64,000 bases of DNA, taken from NCBI RefSeq assembly GCF_006345805.1, contig NC_043010.1, forward strand, positions 57,722,001 through 57,786,000, read 5' to 3'. The translations under genes were made by a program, and so were the position numbers. Source of the stretch: Octopus sinensis. Lineage: Eukaryota. A model generated the notes under the pieces. The model was not told the origin of the DNA and ran no database searches. It worked only from the letters and a program-made list of their open reading frames with translations. Positions 49,642 through 63,392 of the stretch are shown one piece after another (positions within the stretch are counted from its first letter, which is position 1; every line of letters starts with the position of its first letter).

Positions 49642-50240
49642 CACTGTGTTTCAAATCATTAATGATGTAACATGTAAAAAATTTTATTTAAAAACAACTT
49701 GTTGGAATCCAATGAAATTTTCACAGAATGATGGCAACAATTATATTCACGTGCTGTGCCAAAGAGGTTCCACGAAACAACACAAACTACGGCCATTTAC
49801 CAAATTTACATAAACTTGCACTGTTTTCAATTATTAGCGAGGTGTAATTAAAACTCATGTAAACAAGAAAATACCGATTTAATTGTTTAATTTAATTACA
49901 TACCGAAATAACATTATACAGTCATAAACCTGGAAGAAACAGAAATGAACGCATAAACAGCATTTAAAAATAAAAGGTCTGCTGGTTAGTGAGGGATACA
50001 TGAGTCATTGTTTGAAATAAGTTGGAAAAGGTGCTGGTCCATGGAACATGCCAGTTTCTGGATCACCTCTGATGTTACACCATGAGATACATCCACCATT
50101 GCCAGCCACAGTTCATTCTTACTCCTAAATTGGCATCCATTCTTGTAAACTCGTCACTTTAGAATACTCTACAAGATTTCTATTGGGTTTAAGTTGGGAG
50201 AACAAGCAGGCCACTTCATCTTCTTAGGATGCTGGCTTTG
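49642..50240 (-). mobile_element. Tc1-family transposon, 3' end
   Basis: MKWPACSPNLNPIE ... VYKNGCQFRSKNELW ... IQKLACSMDQ; terminus ta|cactgtgtttcaaatc at 49642. Confidence 0.75.
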
Positions 50241-50990
50241 CTGGGTGGAGGTGCTTATCTCCCCTTTGAAAACATAAGGACACAGGAAATGTGTCAAGGC
50301 CAACAGGAAACGGTGTTTCCTAGGGTTAAATAACAGTAACATTCTTCCCTTTCATGGGACAGTCACATTAAGTTGACAACATACCATCACTTTATATATT
50401 AATCAAAGGTTGAGCAGAAAGAACACAACAAAGAGAAAACACAACAAGTAGAAATGTAAGAAAAACAACAAACGGGAAACTGGATGATAACATAATAAAC
50501 AGGGAACTGGGCAAAAACAAGACACACAAACCATTTGCAGGTGATTTCTTGTCAGTCAATGTCCAGAATGTTCAAGCAGTTTTGCACTTTTTAACATTGA
50601 GACCACTTGATTGTGGCAAATGCCAGGACATTAAGCCTCTGGATATAGCCCTTCTGTTATAGACTCAAGATCTGAAATTTGTGGGGAGAGGGCTGGTCAA
50701 TTACTTTGACTCCAGCGCTTAACCAGTTCTGATTGCATCAATCCAAAAGGATGGGAGGCAAAGTCAGCCACGGAGGCATTTGAAATCATACTGTTAAGAT
50801 GGACAAAATTCCACTAATGTGCATTTCAAAGCTCCTCTACAGTTATCGGTTACCATATGCTACCATGTAGCATGTATAATTCTTTTTCCTACATAAACAT
50901 GTGGAAATCTATTAGCACACAAAGAATTCATACAAAAAAAAAAAAAATTCATAAAACAAGAAGATGAAACGAACAGGTTTTAATTAAAAA

Positions 50991-51094
50991 TCACTACAAT
51001 TGTTTCTGTTCATTAGCAACAGCTGTTAGTTACTGAATGTTTCATCTTGTATATATTATAAGCAATATCTGTGCACTAACATGTCATCAGGTGA
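50991..51094 (-). ncRNA. Hammerhead ribozyme candidate with expanded stem II
   Basis: Minus strand: tcac CTGATGA ... GAAAC-aatt-GT A gtga. Stem II pairing (tgtt/aaca) is non-canonical. Confidence 0.5.
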
Positions 51095-51687
51095 GGGGCT
51101 TTCAGAGCACTGTCTTTCACAGGCACCATGCTACGTACCCATTCTTCAAACCCCATACAACATCACCAGTTCACCAAGCATTCCTCCTCATTCCTCTGTC
51201 ACCACTCTCTTCCATTCACTTTTTTGGGGACATGGTACATTAAAAGTAACAAGGGTAACGAGGACCCTTTTACTTTTGGGGTTAAAACCTCAGTCGTGTG
51301 TGGTGATGCTGAGACAAAAATGCACCCAGTACACTGTAATGTGTGATTAATAACAGGAAAGGCACCCGGCTGTAGAAACAAAATGTATGAGCTGGGTGTG
51401 TCCTTACAAATCCTCTTTAAATAAGAACTGATTGACACTGGCATGACCTGTCCACTCCATACCAGATCAGACACTTGATGGAAATTGATGATGATGATCA
51501 TCATCATCATCGTCATCATCATCATCATATACACATATCAGTGTGTAGTTGTCTGTACATATACATTTATATATATATATAAACATTCACAAATACACCC
51601 ATATGTATACATACATATATACATACACATAAACACACACATATGTATACACACACATGCATATAAATATATATATATATTATATAT

Positions 51688-51756
<69 letters not shown>

Positions 51757-53479
51757 TAAATATATATGCACACATGCATATATATATATACTGATGACAC
51801 AAGGAGATATACATACCATATATAAAGGTATATGTATATACATACACACATATATGCATACATAAAAATTAATACATATGCATATGTATATTCATGTCTT
51901 TATATATACACACACACTTAAATGTACATGTGTATATGTGTATAAAAAATGCGAGGTAGGTTCATTAAAAGATGCTACTCAGCAGTCAAGGAAGAAAAAC
52001 TAGCATTCTTACACACTCACACACTTACACACACTCTCACACACTTACACACACTCTCACACACACACATACTCACTCACACTCTACAACTCTCTCTCCT
52101 CTCCCCTCTCTACACACTTCTCTCTCTTGCAGTAATTTCCTTTCAATAACAACCTGACTTGCAACACACACACACACATGAAGACACACACACACACACA
52201 CGAAGACACACACACACACACACACACAGAGTAATTTTTCAGTAATTTTTTCCTAACCTTTACAACATCAAATTTCTCCTTTTTTTAATTGTAAATTAGT
52301 GATGCTGGTGGTGGAGGTGGTGACGTTAGTAGTGTGGTGGTGGTGGTGTTGTTGTTGGTGATGGTGATGGTAGTAGTTGTGTAGTGCTGTTAGTGTAATG
52401 GCATAGTGGTAGTGCAGTGGTGGTGGTTATATTTCATATTAAACTGTCTTTCATATTTCATTAGTTTTTCTCAGTTTTAAGTTTGTTCCCTCCAGCACAC
52501 ACACCCCCACTCCCTCCCACTCCCCCATATTCCTTTCTCATCCCCCTACTCTCCCCCCCATTATTAAATAAATCCTCACCAGGGACCACATTATTTTTTT
52601 TTCCAATTTTCCGGATTTGATATTGTGAGGTTAGGAATATAATATTGAAGTAGGTGCCTTTTTTAGCATGGTGGTGGTGGTGGTGGTGGAGGCAGTGTTG
52701 CTGTTATTTTGGTCACCAAGATGTTATTGTTGATGATGATAATGTTCCCAATGGTGGCCATGGTTGTAATGGCAGTAATGAAAATGGCTGAGGCTGGGAA
52801 ATTTCCATCTCAGCCTATTTTTTATTAATATCCTAAAACAAAAAAATAAAGAAAACCACGGAAACACACAGACCCAACAACAGACCCACATGGCCCCAGG
52901 GTGGGGGAAGAAAGAAGATTTATGCAATATTTTGTCCAATTTAAATTCCACAAAGAAAATTACCCTGTAATGTTATCACTACTGTTATCATTGTTCTTTG
53001 GTTCCTGTCATTATTTCATCATCCTCACCTCATCCCCCTCCACATCATCATCACCCCTGCATCATTGTCGCACATTGTTGCCATCTGTATTATTCTTCCC
53101 CCCTACTGCCCCCTACATCATCACACACAATATCACTGCTACCACCCCCAATACATCATCGTCTCTACCCCTCCTCACCAATTGTTCTCTCCCTGCCACT
53201 CCCCCACCATACACCATCGCCACAGAAGAGACAAGCTGGATCCTCAGCTTGCAAGACATCATAGCAAAGTCTTCCTCAAATCATACCCTGCTGTGCTGAA
53301 GACAAACACATTGGATAGCAGAGTCCTAAACTTCCTACACAGAGACAAATGACAAGATGGCCATGGTTGGAAAGCCTTTGATCATGGTTGACATGGAGAT
53401 AAATATCAGCCACAACAACAATAACAACAACACATCAATACTATGGCATGAACAAACATCAGCACCCTACAACAGTCAC

Positions 53480-53834
53480 AATCACCACCACCACCACCAT
53501 CATCACCACCACCACCATCATCACCACCATCCTCACCACCACCATCATCATCATCATCACCATCATCACCACCACCATAACCGTCATCATCATCATCACC
53601 ATCACCATTACCATCATCATCGTCATCATCATCATCATCACTACCATCATCATCATCATCATCACTACCATCATCAACATCATCATCATCACTACCATCA
53701 TCATCACCATAACCATCATCACCACCACCATCATCATCACCACCACCATCATCATCGTCATCATCATCATCATCATCACTACCATCATCAACATCATCAT
53801 CACCACCATCATCATCATCATCATCACCACCACC

Positions 53835-53865
<31 letters not shown>

Positions 53866-53970
53866 CCATCATCACCACCATCATCACCACCACCATCATC
53901 AACATTGCACCATCATCATCATCATCATCACTGTCGTCGTCATTGCACCATATGACACATCATCATCACT
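53480..53970. repeat. ~490 bp (CAT/CAC)n trinucleotide array
   Basis: Read directly; produces the poly-His, poly-Ile/Thr and poly-Met ORFs. Confidence 0.95.
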
Positions 53971-54162
53971 GCAGCCACCTCAGGTTGTTGTTAAGAATTG
54001 AACTGATCACCGTCACATCAATAGCGTTAATCAATTGTAATTCGACAATTTTCTGTTTCTTTGATTTGGGATTCGGTGGTGGTGGTGGTGGTGGTGGAGT
54101 GATGTTGTTATTGATGCTGTTATTGTTATTCTTTAATATTCCTTTGTATATGTATATACGTA

Positions 54163-54206
<44 letters not shown>

Positions 54207-54451
54207 CATATGTGTGTATATAATATATATATATAAATACATATTTATATCTGGTAATATCAAACAGTGAGAACGAGTGCTTAACTCTGCACTGGTGGAT
54301 GAATACTCTTTATTTGCAGGTTAGCTAGGCAACCAATGGTTTCATGCAAACAGATTTTCATGATTGTTCAAGTGTACTGCATGGAAGTCCTGGTTCTCAT
54401 CTCCATTTTGGATGATACATATATTATATACACACAGACACACTCATATAG

Positions 54452-54521
<70 letters not shown>

Positions 54522-54719
54522 ATATAGATATGTATATATATGTGTGTGTGTGTGTGTGTGTACATATAGATATGTATATATATATATGTGTGTGTATGTG
54601 TATAAGTATACATATGTACATATATACATGTATATATATTATTTTGTCTGGGAAAAGTCATTCTGTTTTAAGGTCTTATTAATTAACACACACACTGGTT
54701 TGATTTCCACTCATTTGCT

Positions 54720-55125
54720 TATTCATTTTTTTCTGTGGCTGCATGGTCAGTTTGCTTCCCAACCACATGGTTACAGGTTCAGTCACACTGTGTGGGCAAG
54801 AGTCTTCAACTATAGTCTTGGGCCAACCAAAGCCTTGAGAGTGAATTTGGTAGATGGAAACTTAAAGAAGCCCATCGTGTATATATGTATGTATGTGTTT
54901 ATGTATGCATTTGTGTATGTCTGTTTTTGTCCGCCCACAATTGCTTGACAACCAACGTTGGCATGTTTATGCCCCTGTAACTTAACAGTTCATCAATAGA
55001 GACTAATAGAATAAGTATTAGGCTTACAAAGAATAAGTCCTGGGGTCAATTTGTTCAACTAAAGGTGGTGCTCTAGCATGGCCACAGTCAAATGACTGAA
55101 ACAAATAAAAGAATAAAGAAAGAAT
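54720..55125 (+). mobile_element. SINE family B head joined through a microsatellite to the family C module
   Basis: ggttacaggttcagtcacactg ... aaagccttgagagtgaatttgg ... aagcccatcgtgtat ... ttacaaagaataagtcctggggtc ... gtcaaatgactgaaac. Confidence 0.75.
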
Positions 55126-55894
55126 ATATATATATCGTCACCAGCATCATCATCACCATTGTCATCCTTGTCGTTGTCGTCACCACCACCACCATCATCA
55201 TCATCATCACCATTATCATCATCATCATCACCATCATCTTCATCATCATTTAATCTCCAACCACTTTACTGAATGTCTGGCTGCATTTTTCATGGCACCA
55301 GCACTGGTGTGGATCACCAAGTGACTTGCAAGTTAAGGCAAAGTCTCCTCCACTGGGGGTGGAGTGGTGTTGTGGGAGGTAGCCTTGTACCTGGTGATGA
55401 GATTGCAGAAGAATAACTGAAGGATAGAGGTAAGTGTCCTGCTGTAGAAGGGATACAGGGATGTCCTAGCTGGAGGAGAAGGGAGAGGAAGAGAGAGACT
55501 AAGAGAGAGATGGAGGGAGTGCAAGGGGTGGTGGTAGAGTGAGGGGGTGAGTATAGGGGAAGTGATAGAGAGGATTTGATTAGGTGAGTGAACAAGGGGG
55601 ACAAAGGGGGAAGTTTCGTGGGAATGTGTGAAGAGATGGTTTGAGATGGGATTAAGGTGACTAGTTATTGATGGTAAGAAATAGAGGAGTGGCTGGGGAA
55701 AAGGGGGTTATGTTAGATATGAGAGGGCATTAGAGGATAAAAGAGGTGTTAACGATGGAGTATAGTAGAGAGGAGAGGGCATGGCTGGAAGAAGATGATG
55801 AGGAATGGAAGTAGTTCTGGGGAAGGGGAGGAAAGGAGAAGGTAATGAAAGAGAAGGGATGTAATATGTGCTTCTTCTGCTCCCAGCTGAATAA

Positions 55895-56125
55895 TACTTA
55901 TTTCTTTACTACCCACAAGGGGCTAAACACAAGGGACAAACAAGGACAGACAAATGGCTTAAGTCGATTATATCGACCCCAGTGCGTAACTGGTACTTAT
56001 TTAATCGACCCCGAAAGGATGAAAGGCAAAGTCAACCTCGGCAGAATTTGAACTCAGAACGTAGTGACAGATGAAATACTGCTGAGCATTTCGCCCAGCG
56101 TGCTAACGATTCTGCCAGCTCGCCA
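55895..56125 (-). mobile_element. tRNA-SINE family A (same tail as 27040-27268)
   Basis: ttctttactacccacaaggggctaaac ... atcgaccccgaaaggatgaaaggcaaagtc ... gattctgccagctcgcc. Confidence 0.9.
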
Positions 56126-56269
56126 ACTCAGCTGAATAATACCAGAGATAATGTGTTGAGTGTTAGGGAATGAGATGTTTGAGAACCTTGATGGGGCAGT
56201 GAGAACGGAGGTGGGACAGGGCTGTGCATGCACAAGCATTCGGCAAGATGGTTTTAGGATATTCTATCG

Positions 56270-56480
56270 AAGTGGATGGTTTGGTTATATGATTCATAAG
56301 GATGGGGACAGCTGTTATAAAGAGGTGCTAACTGCTTAAAGTGAATAGAACTTGTGGAAGAGGAAGACCTTGAAAACTCTGGGGTGAAATAGGGATGGCT
56401 GAGGTCAAGAAGTCATATTTTACAGAAGTGTGAATGGACAGAAATGTTTGGAGATTTTCTGTGCTTGAGAAGACCCATCT
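56270..56480 (+). pseudogene. RTE LINE C-terminal remnant
   Basis: WFGYMIHKDG ... RTCGRGRP ... MDRNVWRFSVLEKTHL. Confidence 0.6.
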
Positions 56481-57977
56481 GTTACAGAAAAAGTTAGAAA
56501 GGATTTTGTTTATGTCTGTGGATGCTGGGTCCTGCTCCTGCATCCCTTCTGCCCACACCAAACGCCCCATGTCACATCTTCCTAACACCCATCCCTCCAT
56601 CACTCTTCTAACTATGGAAGTTCTCATTTGTTGTAATCACTTGAAAGCAAAATCAACAATTATTTCATCCCCTCTTTGCACTACCAGTTGCCTCCTTCGA
56701 ACCATCTCCTATTAACATCCATCCCTCATTCTAATTACCATCGTTTTCCACATGATTTTTTTTCCTAATTGCCTCCTTTCTGCGCCATTAGTTACAACTT
56801 CTTCTCTTTTGAGCTTCATCTCACACCTGCTATATTTTGCCTTTAACACCTCTCATACCTGCTATCATTCTTTACACTCTTTCATAGTTACCCCTGATGC
56901 CAACCATTATTGTTGTTCCACTCACTATAGCCACCCTTTGTACCTCTCATCTCCATCTCTGTCACTGGGCATCACCCTGCACTTTATCCCCTTCTTGTAC
57001 TCATTCACGTACTCCTGTACCTTGAGAATTCACTCTAGAACCTCGTCATCATCATCTTTGTCTCTCTTTAATGCAGGGTAGCCATGTATCTCTCCTCTAT
57101 AGTAAACGACACTTGTGAATGTCCCCCCATCTTACTTTAGCCTCTCAGCATACACCCCACTACCCAGTTGAATAGGGCTGTTACAGAGCAACCTCACTAT
57201 TGCAGATGTCATGAGAAAAGTACTCAGTACATTGTCTTAAGTGGTTGGCATTAGGAAGGGTAGCCAACTCTAGAAATAATGTCTTCCTGAAGACAATCTC
57301 AATATAATTCCTTGCATTTGTCTGGCATTAAGCAACATTTCTGTACGGGATGGTCATAGCTGGAATGTCCCTTGATCATATATTTACTTAATCAGGGTTG
57401 ACCTAGGGTTAAACAGCCACAACAACAACCCTTTAACAATGTCTTTGTGCAGACGACCTCAAAAGATATGACTACGTGTATTTCTCTGACGTTAAGCAAT
57501 ATTTAATGATTCTACTGAAGGTCTTTAATTAACTCTACAACAACAACAACGGTAGTTCTAGAAGATTCTTGGCTCTTGAAGACAACAACAACAACGACGA
57601 CAACAACAACAACAACAGCAGCAGCAGCCTGTGTCTATTGGGGCAGACAGAAACTAGAAATAAAAGAAAGATGAAAGCTGTCTGTGAGGCTGGATGTAGG
57701 CTTTGACGCTGAAAGTAACAGAAACAAGAACACTGAACAGGAGAAAAGAAAGACGACCGCACACACGCACGCACACCTCTCTCTCTCTATATATATGTGT
57801 ATATATAAACATAGATAGGTATATATATATATACATACATATATATATATATATATACATATATGTATTTTAAGATGTGTATGTATGATTATATATAAAT
57901 ATATATTTGTACGTGTGTATGAGTATACGTATGTGTTTGTGTGTGCATATATGTATGTGTGTGTGTATGTATGTGTG

Positions 57978-58009
<32 letters not shown>

Positions 58010-58984
58010 CATAATACAAACCGAAACAAAAGAGAAAATTTAGAGGAAAGATTTATAAAAACGTGACATGAATCGTTAAAGATGATGATGTAATTCTTGA
58101 CTGGTCAAAGTTTCATATCCAGGGGTATAGGGCAGACAGTAGTGGGTGGCTAGCTGGGGTGGACGGGTGGCTGGCTGAGTACATTGCTGGGTAGATGGGT
58201 GTGTGGTAATGTATGGGGGCAAGAAACGGGTTAATGTCTGCTAATGTATGTTGGTATATAGAGAGATGTCTGGTACTGTATGAAAGTACATGGAGCCAGA
58301 AGGTGCTGCGTGGTGGTGTGTGGTCATACCTTTCTTGATGGTTAGGGGTGTATGATTGCTTATGGTGGTATCTGTAAGTATCTGGTATTATCCAAAGGCA
58401 TCTGGTGGTGTTTGTGTCTCTTGTGCTTTGGGATGCATCATATTGTAACAAATTCAGGTGGTAAAGTGTTGTTGACAAGTAGGACATATCACACTTTTAA
58501 GATGAACCCAGCCCCTACATGTTTCGAAAGCCCCACCATGTTCCCTCCTGCTCAAGTGACAAACTCATCATCCAGCTATAAACATAAGGGGTCTGTAGAG
58601 TCAAAACTGAAGTCGTTATTAGCTACATTATGTCCAAAATGTCCCTGTGTGATTTGGTAACCAGGACAACTAATAATAAAAGCAAACTCTTGAAAATTGA
58701 GGGCTTAAAAAAATATTTGTGGAACTGGAGAATAAATACAGCTATTAAATTATAAAGAATGAACAGAATATTGTTGTTTGGGACCTCAAAATAAAAACCT
58801 GATCTGTTGTGGGTATCAGCTGTCCATTTGACATCAATGTAGTCAAAAGTTACTGGACAAAGATAATGAGGAAGAATTTTGTAAATCCATTAGTGAAAAT
58901 AAACTTCTAATTTTTATATTTAAAATATTTCTGAAAAGAAAAGGAAAATGTGATTAGATGCCAGAATCATAACACACAAGATAA

Positions 58985-59155
58985 AATGCCTGGTGGTATT
59001 CCATTTTCCTTTATGTTCTGTGTTCAAATCCCATTGTGGTTGACTTTGCCTTTCATCCTTTTAGGGTCATTAAAAGAAGTATCAGGAGTGGGGTTGAGGT
59101 AATCAACTAAACCTCTCTCTAAGTATTTCAGGCCTTGTGCCGATAGTTGAAAAGA
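58985..59155 (+). mobile_element. Decayed tRNA-SINE family A
   Basis: gttcaaatcccattgtggttgactttgcctttcatccttttaggg ... tttcaggccttgtgcc. Confidence 0.65.
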
Positions 59156-59519
59156 TTATTACTGGAATGAAAGAAAATGTGACAAAGGGAATGACTCAAA
59201 GAATATCTGGTCTTCGATTCTTGGAGAAAGAACACAACTCCTTAAATCACAAATGATCAGAAGAGATGGGACTATAAAAATCTTCAAGATGTTTCTAAAA
59301 TTTAAAAGATGAATGGGTAAGGGTTCAGGTTAGGGTTAGGGTATACAAAGAATGGCAGAAAGAAAAAGACTTTGTTTTTTGTCTTTTTTTTAATTTTTAC
59401 TTTGAAATGTCATCAAGAAGATGGCTGCTCTAACTAAACTCTACAACTCCTAGATGGAAGAGAAAATTTAGACACACACAAATGTGTGGTGTATGTGTAT
59501 GGTACTCTCCTATATACAC

Positions 59520-60434
59520 ACATCATCATCATCGTTTAACGCCCGCTTTCCATGCTAGCATGGGTTAGATGAATGACTGAGGTCTGGCAAACCAGCTGGC
59601 TGCACCAGGCTTCAATCTTGATTTGGCAGAGTTTCTACAGAGGGATGCCCTTCCTAACGTCAACCACTCTGAGAGTGTAGTGGGTGCTTTTTACGTGCCA
59701 CCAGCACAGGGCCAGTCAGGCGGTACTGGCAACGACCTCGCTCGAATCCTTTACACATGCCACCGCACAGGTGCCAGTAAGGCGATGCTGGTAACGATCA
59801 TGCTCGAATTGTATCTTTTACATGCCACTGGCATGGAGGCCAGATAGCCACTCTGGCAACGATCACACTCAGATGGTGCTCTTAATACCCTACTAGCACA
59901 GGGCTCGAGTGCCAGTAAGGCGACGCTGGTAACGATCACACTCGAATGGTGCCTTTTAAGTGCCACTGGCACAGAAACCGGTTAGCCACTCTGTCAATGA
60001 TCACGCTCGTATGGTGCTCCTTGCACCCTGCTAGCACGGACGCCAGTCATCGAATTTGATTTTGATTTTGATTTCACTTGCCTCAACAGGTCTTTGCAAG
60101 TGGGCTGGTAACGCCCTGGCATAGGTCACAAGATTATAGTCTCATTTGGCTTGCTGGGTCTTCTCATATACGGCATATTTCCAAAAGTCTCGGTCACTAA
60201 TCATTTCCTTGGTGAGGCCTAAAGTTCAAAGGTCGTGCTTCACCACTTCAACCCAGGTCTTCCTGGGTCTACCTCTTCCACAGGTTCCCTCAACTGCTAG
60301 GGTGTGGCACTCTTTCACACAGATGTCCTCATCCATTCTCACCACATGACCATACCAGTGCAGTCGTCTCTGTTGCACACCACATCTGATGCTTCTTAGG
60401 TCCAACTTTTCTCTGAAGGTACTTACGCTCTGTC
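59520..60434 (-). mobile_element. RTE LINE 3' end: ORF2 C-terminus (60434-60142), tandem-repeat 3' UTR and conserved tail
   Basis: [89 protein letters not shown]; ends gcatggaaagcgggcgttaaacgatgatgatg. Confidence 0.9.
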
Positions 60435-60591
60435 AAGTATGTATAACACACATGAATAACACTATTATACATATATACATGCAAGTGCATTCGAACACAT
60501 TCACACACATACACATGTTCACCTCTGTTTCTGGCACCCTTCAAGCTGCCCAGCTACTTTATGTAACTTCACTGGTGTGTATATATGTATA

Positions 60592-60651
<60 letters not shown>

Positions 60652-62462
60652 GTATACATATATGTATATTTATATGTATATGTATACATATATGTATATT
60701 TATATGTATATGTATATGAGTGTATTTATATATGTGTATGTATATATGTATATAAGTGTATTTATATATGTGAATGTATATATGTATATTTATATATGTA
60801 TATATGTGTATGAATATGTGTATATATATATGTATGTATATATATACATACATATTTATGTATATATATGTGTATATATATGTATGTATATGTATTTGTA
60901 TATGTATATGTATGTTTATATATATGTTACACACACACACACACACACACCGATATATCTAGAATATAACATCATGATGTACAGGAGATAAAGCTTAAAT
61001 GAAGAAGATAAAGTTTGTGTTCTGTGTAATACTTGATGTAGGTTTGATAGACAGGTAGACAGATGGAGAGGTAGATTGGTAGATAAGGAGACAGCTAGTT
61101 AAATATACAGACACACACATAAAAATCTATATACAAGCATATGCATATATATATACATATATATTATGTGTGTGAGTGCGTATGTTTGATGTAAAATATT
61201 GATGTAAATAGCTGGATAGAGAGATAAATAGAAAGACAGACAGACAGAGATAGGCAAATGGAGAAGACAAATTTATACTCAGACGCATACAGACATGCAC
61301 ACACATTCACCCACATGCATGCATGCACACCCTGCCCATGATGCAAAACAAAGCATGTAAGTACAAATTGGATCTGTGTTCTAATCAGCTTAGCAACAGT
61401 GTGAGTGTATGCATAGAAGGATATTGACATTTATATGCGTGCCTTTACGCATGCATGTATGTATATGTATTCTTATGTGTATGTATGTGTATAGTTACAA
61501 GTATATGTGTGTGATGGTTATGTATGCATCATGTGAGGAATACTATACTCTATTCCAGTAAACCTATCTGTCTGTCTGTCTATCTACATACATACACACT
61601 CACATACACATAATTATATGTATATGTTTATATGTCTGTACGTATATATATATATGCGTGTATGTATATATACACATATATACATACATGTGTATATAAT
61701 TACATATATGTGTGTGTGTGTATATATATACTTATATATAAATATATGCATATGTATATCTTTGTGTATGTGTAGACGGGATATGTAGACATACATATGT
61801 ATAGATATATATGCATGTATATACAAGTGTATTGGTATATATATATATATGTGTGTGTACATGTGTGTGTTTCTATACATATAAATACAAATATCAAAAT
61901 CTACCTGCTGATGTGTGTGTATATATAATATATATATATATGTAGAGAGAGAGAGGGGGTGATTGAGGGAGGGGAGGGCCTATCTTATACATGTTTATAA
62001 ACACACACAACACATGAATATGTCGACCATTGTATATGAAGTTGAGTGCATTAAGTTGAGGATGTTACCCAGGCATGTCTCCTGCATGAAAACCAAACAG
62101 CAGAGTTGATGCTCACATACACAAAGTAGTGAAGTAAAACAATGTTATTAGGGGAAATGTTCGCTTGCATTATGATAATTTTAATTAAAAAAGGCAAAAG
62201 ACAATGCCCGCTCATATGACATACATATATACATATATATATATAGATATATGTTTGTGTTTGTTTGTGTGTGTGTGTGTAAATAGATTAGTTATAGGAT
62301 TTGTTATAATCTATGCACATCAACATGAAGAACTCCAGAAGTATCTAGGTGCACTAACGTAGGATTCAATGTGAATTAAAAAGAACAATCACGAAGGTGT
62401 CATGTGTTGGTAGGATTCTGCAGGTATGTTGATATGTAAGCACCAAATCCAATTAAGCTTAA

Positions 62463-62678
62463 CCCTTTCATTACCAATCTGGCTGAAACCAGTTCTGGCT
62501 CTGAATATGTCTTGTTTGCATAAGTTTTGAATTAAAACCTTCCACCAAACCTTAGTCACAATTTATGTTCTTAACACTAGCTTAATGACAACTAAGATAT
62601 TTTACTAAATTCTTTGTTATATTTAAAAGTAATTGAAAGAAACACAGAGCATCTCAACAGAAATACAGTACGAAGGGG
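62463..62678. mobile_element. piggyBac-like MITE
   Basis: TTAA on both sides (62459-62462 and 62679-62682); imperfect TIRs ccctttcattacc / cagtacgaagggg. Confidence 0.7.
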
Positions 62679-62873
62679 TTAAAGCTGACCCAGAGTTGTT
62701 TCAAGGTGTGGCCTAGATATAAAAAGAACAGAAAAGGGGTTCAACATTTACTGCAGCTATTTTTGTAGAATTTCCTTGATGGATTCATAGATTACATGAA
62801 TAACTACACCATGTTGTTTATTGGATAGGTCATCATCAAAGTTTTACCTCACCTATTTATACCTGTTGAAAAT

Positions 62874-62955
62874 TTTACCTGAAGATGGTGGATTCATGCT
62901 ATGATGTAATTTAGGAATGCATCAATAAAATGCTACCCAAACAGCTGTAGTAAAG
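62874..62955 (+). ncRNA. Decayed hammerhead motif (G12 to C)
   Basis: tttac CTGAAGA t ggtgg ... ctacc cAAAC-agct-GT A gtaaa; stem I is 5 bp and stem II is ggtgg/ctacc. Confidence 0.5.
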
Positions 62956-62984
62956 TTTAAACCCTATTTGTGTTCCTCTTATAT

Positions 62985-63392
62985 ATATATATATATTTAT
63001 ATATAAAAGAGAGGTTGTGTGCTGTCTGTCTCCTACGATTTAGATTCCTAACTACTCCCACATTTTGCGGTGCAGTTTAACCAAAACCGGGTATCTTATA
63101 GTCGTGATTCATATCGACCCCTTCTGGGTATTAGCGCGTGTCTACGATGAGTCTACGATTTAAAAAAAAATTTACCATCAATTTTTCCCATTTTTAATGC
63201 ATTTTTGGCATATATAAGGGAAGTAACTCTCTAAAAATTTATTATTAAATCTCAGAACGTAAAAAGCTACAGTAACACCCCCCCTCCTTTGTGGTTAGCC
63301 ATATTGAGATGGCTATTATACTTTACATCTCTAAAAATGCTTATATAGTTATTTCCCTTACAAACCCGAGCAACGCCGGGCGATACTGCTAG
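62985..63392 (+). mobile_element. Non-autonomous Helitron, apparently complete
   Basis: 5' tatatataaaag ...; 3' aaacccgagcaacgccgggcgatactgCTAG|t. Confidence 0.8.

Noticed and set aside
53357-54001. Histidine-rich beak protein gene
   Set aside because: It is a pure CAT/CAC array with no Gly/Ala repeats, signal peptide or chitin-binding motif; annotated as a microsatellite.
55330-57080. Purine/pyrimidine-skewed stretches possibly derived from Penelope RT/GIY-YIG
   Set aside because: Only faint resemblance in scattered frames; too degraded to support without a profile search.
59322-59342. Interstitial telomeric repeat (ggttagggttaggg)
   Set aside because: Only two perfect TTAGGG units, which is expected by chance.
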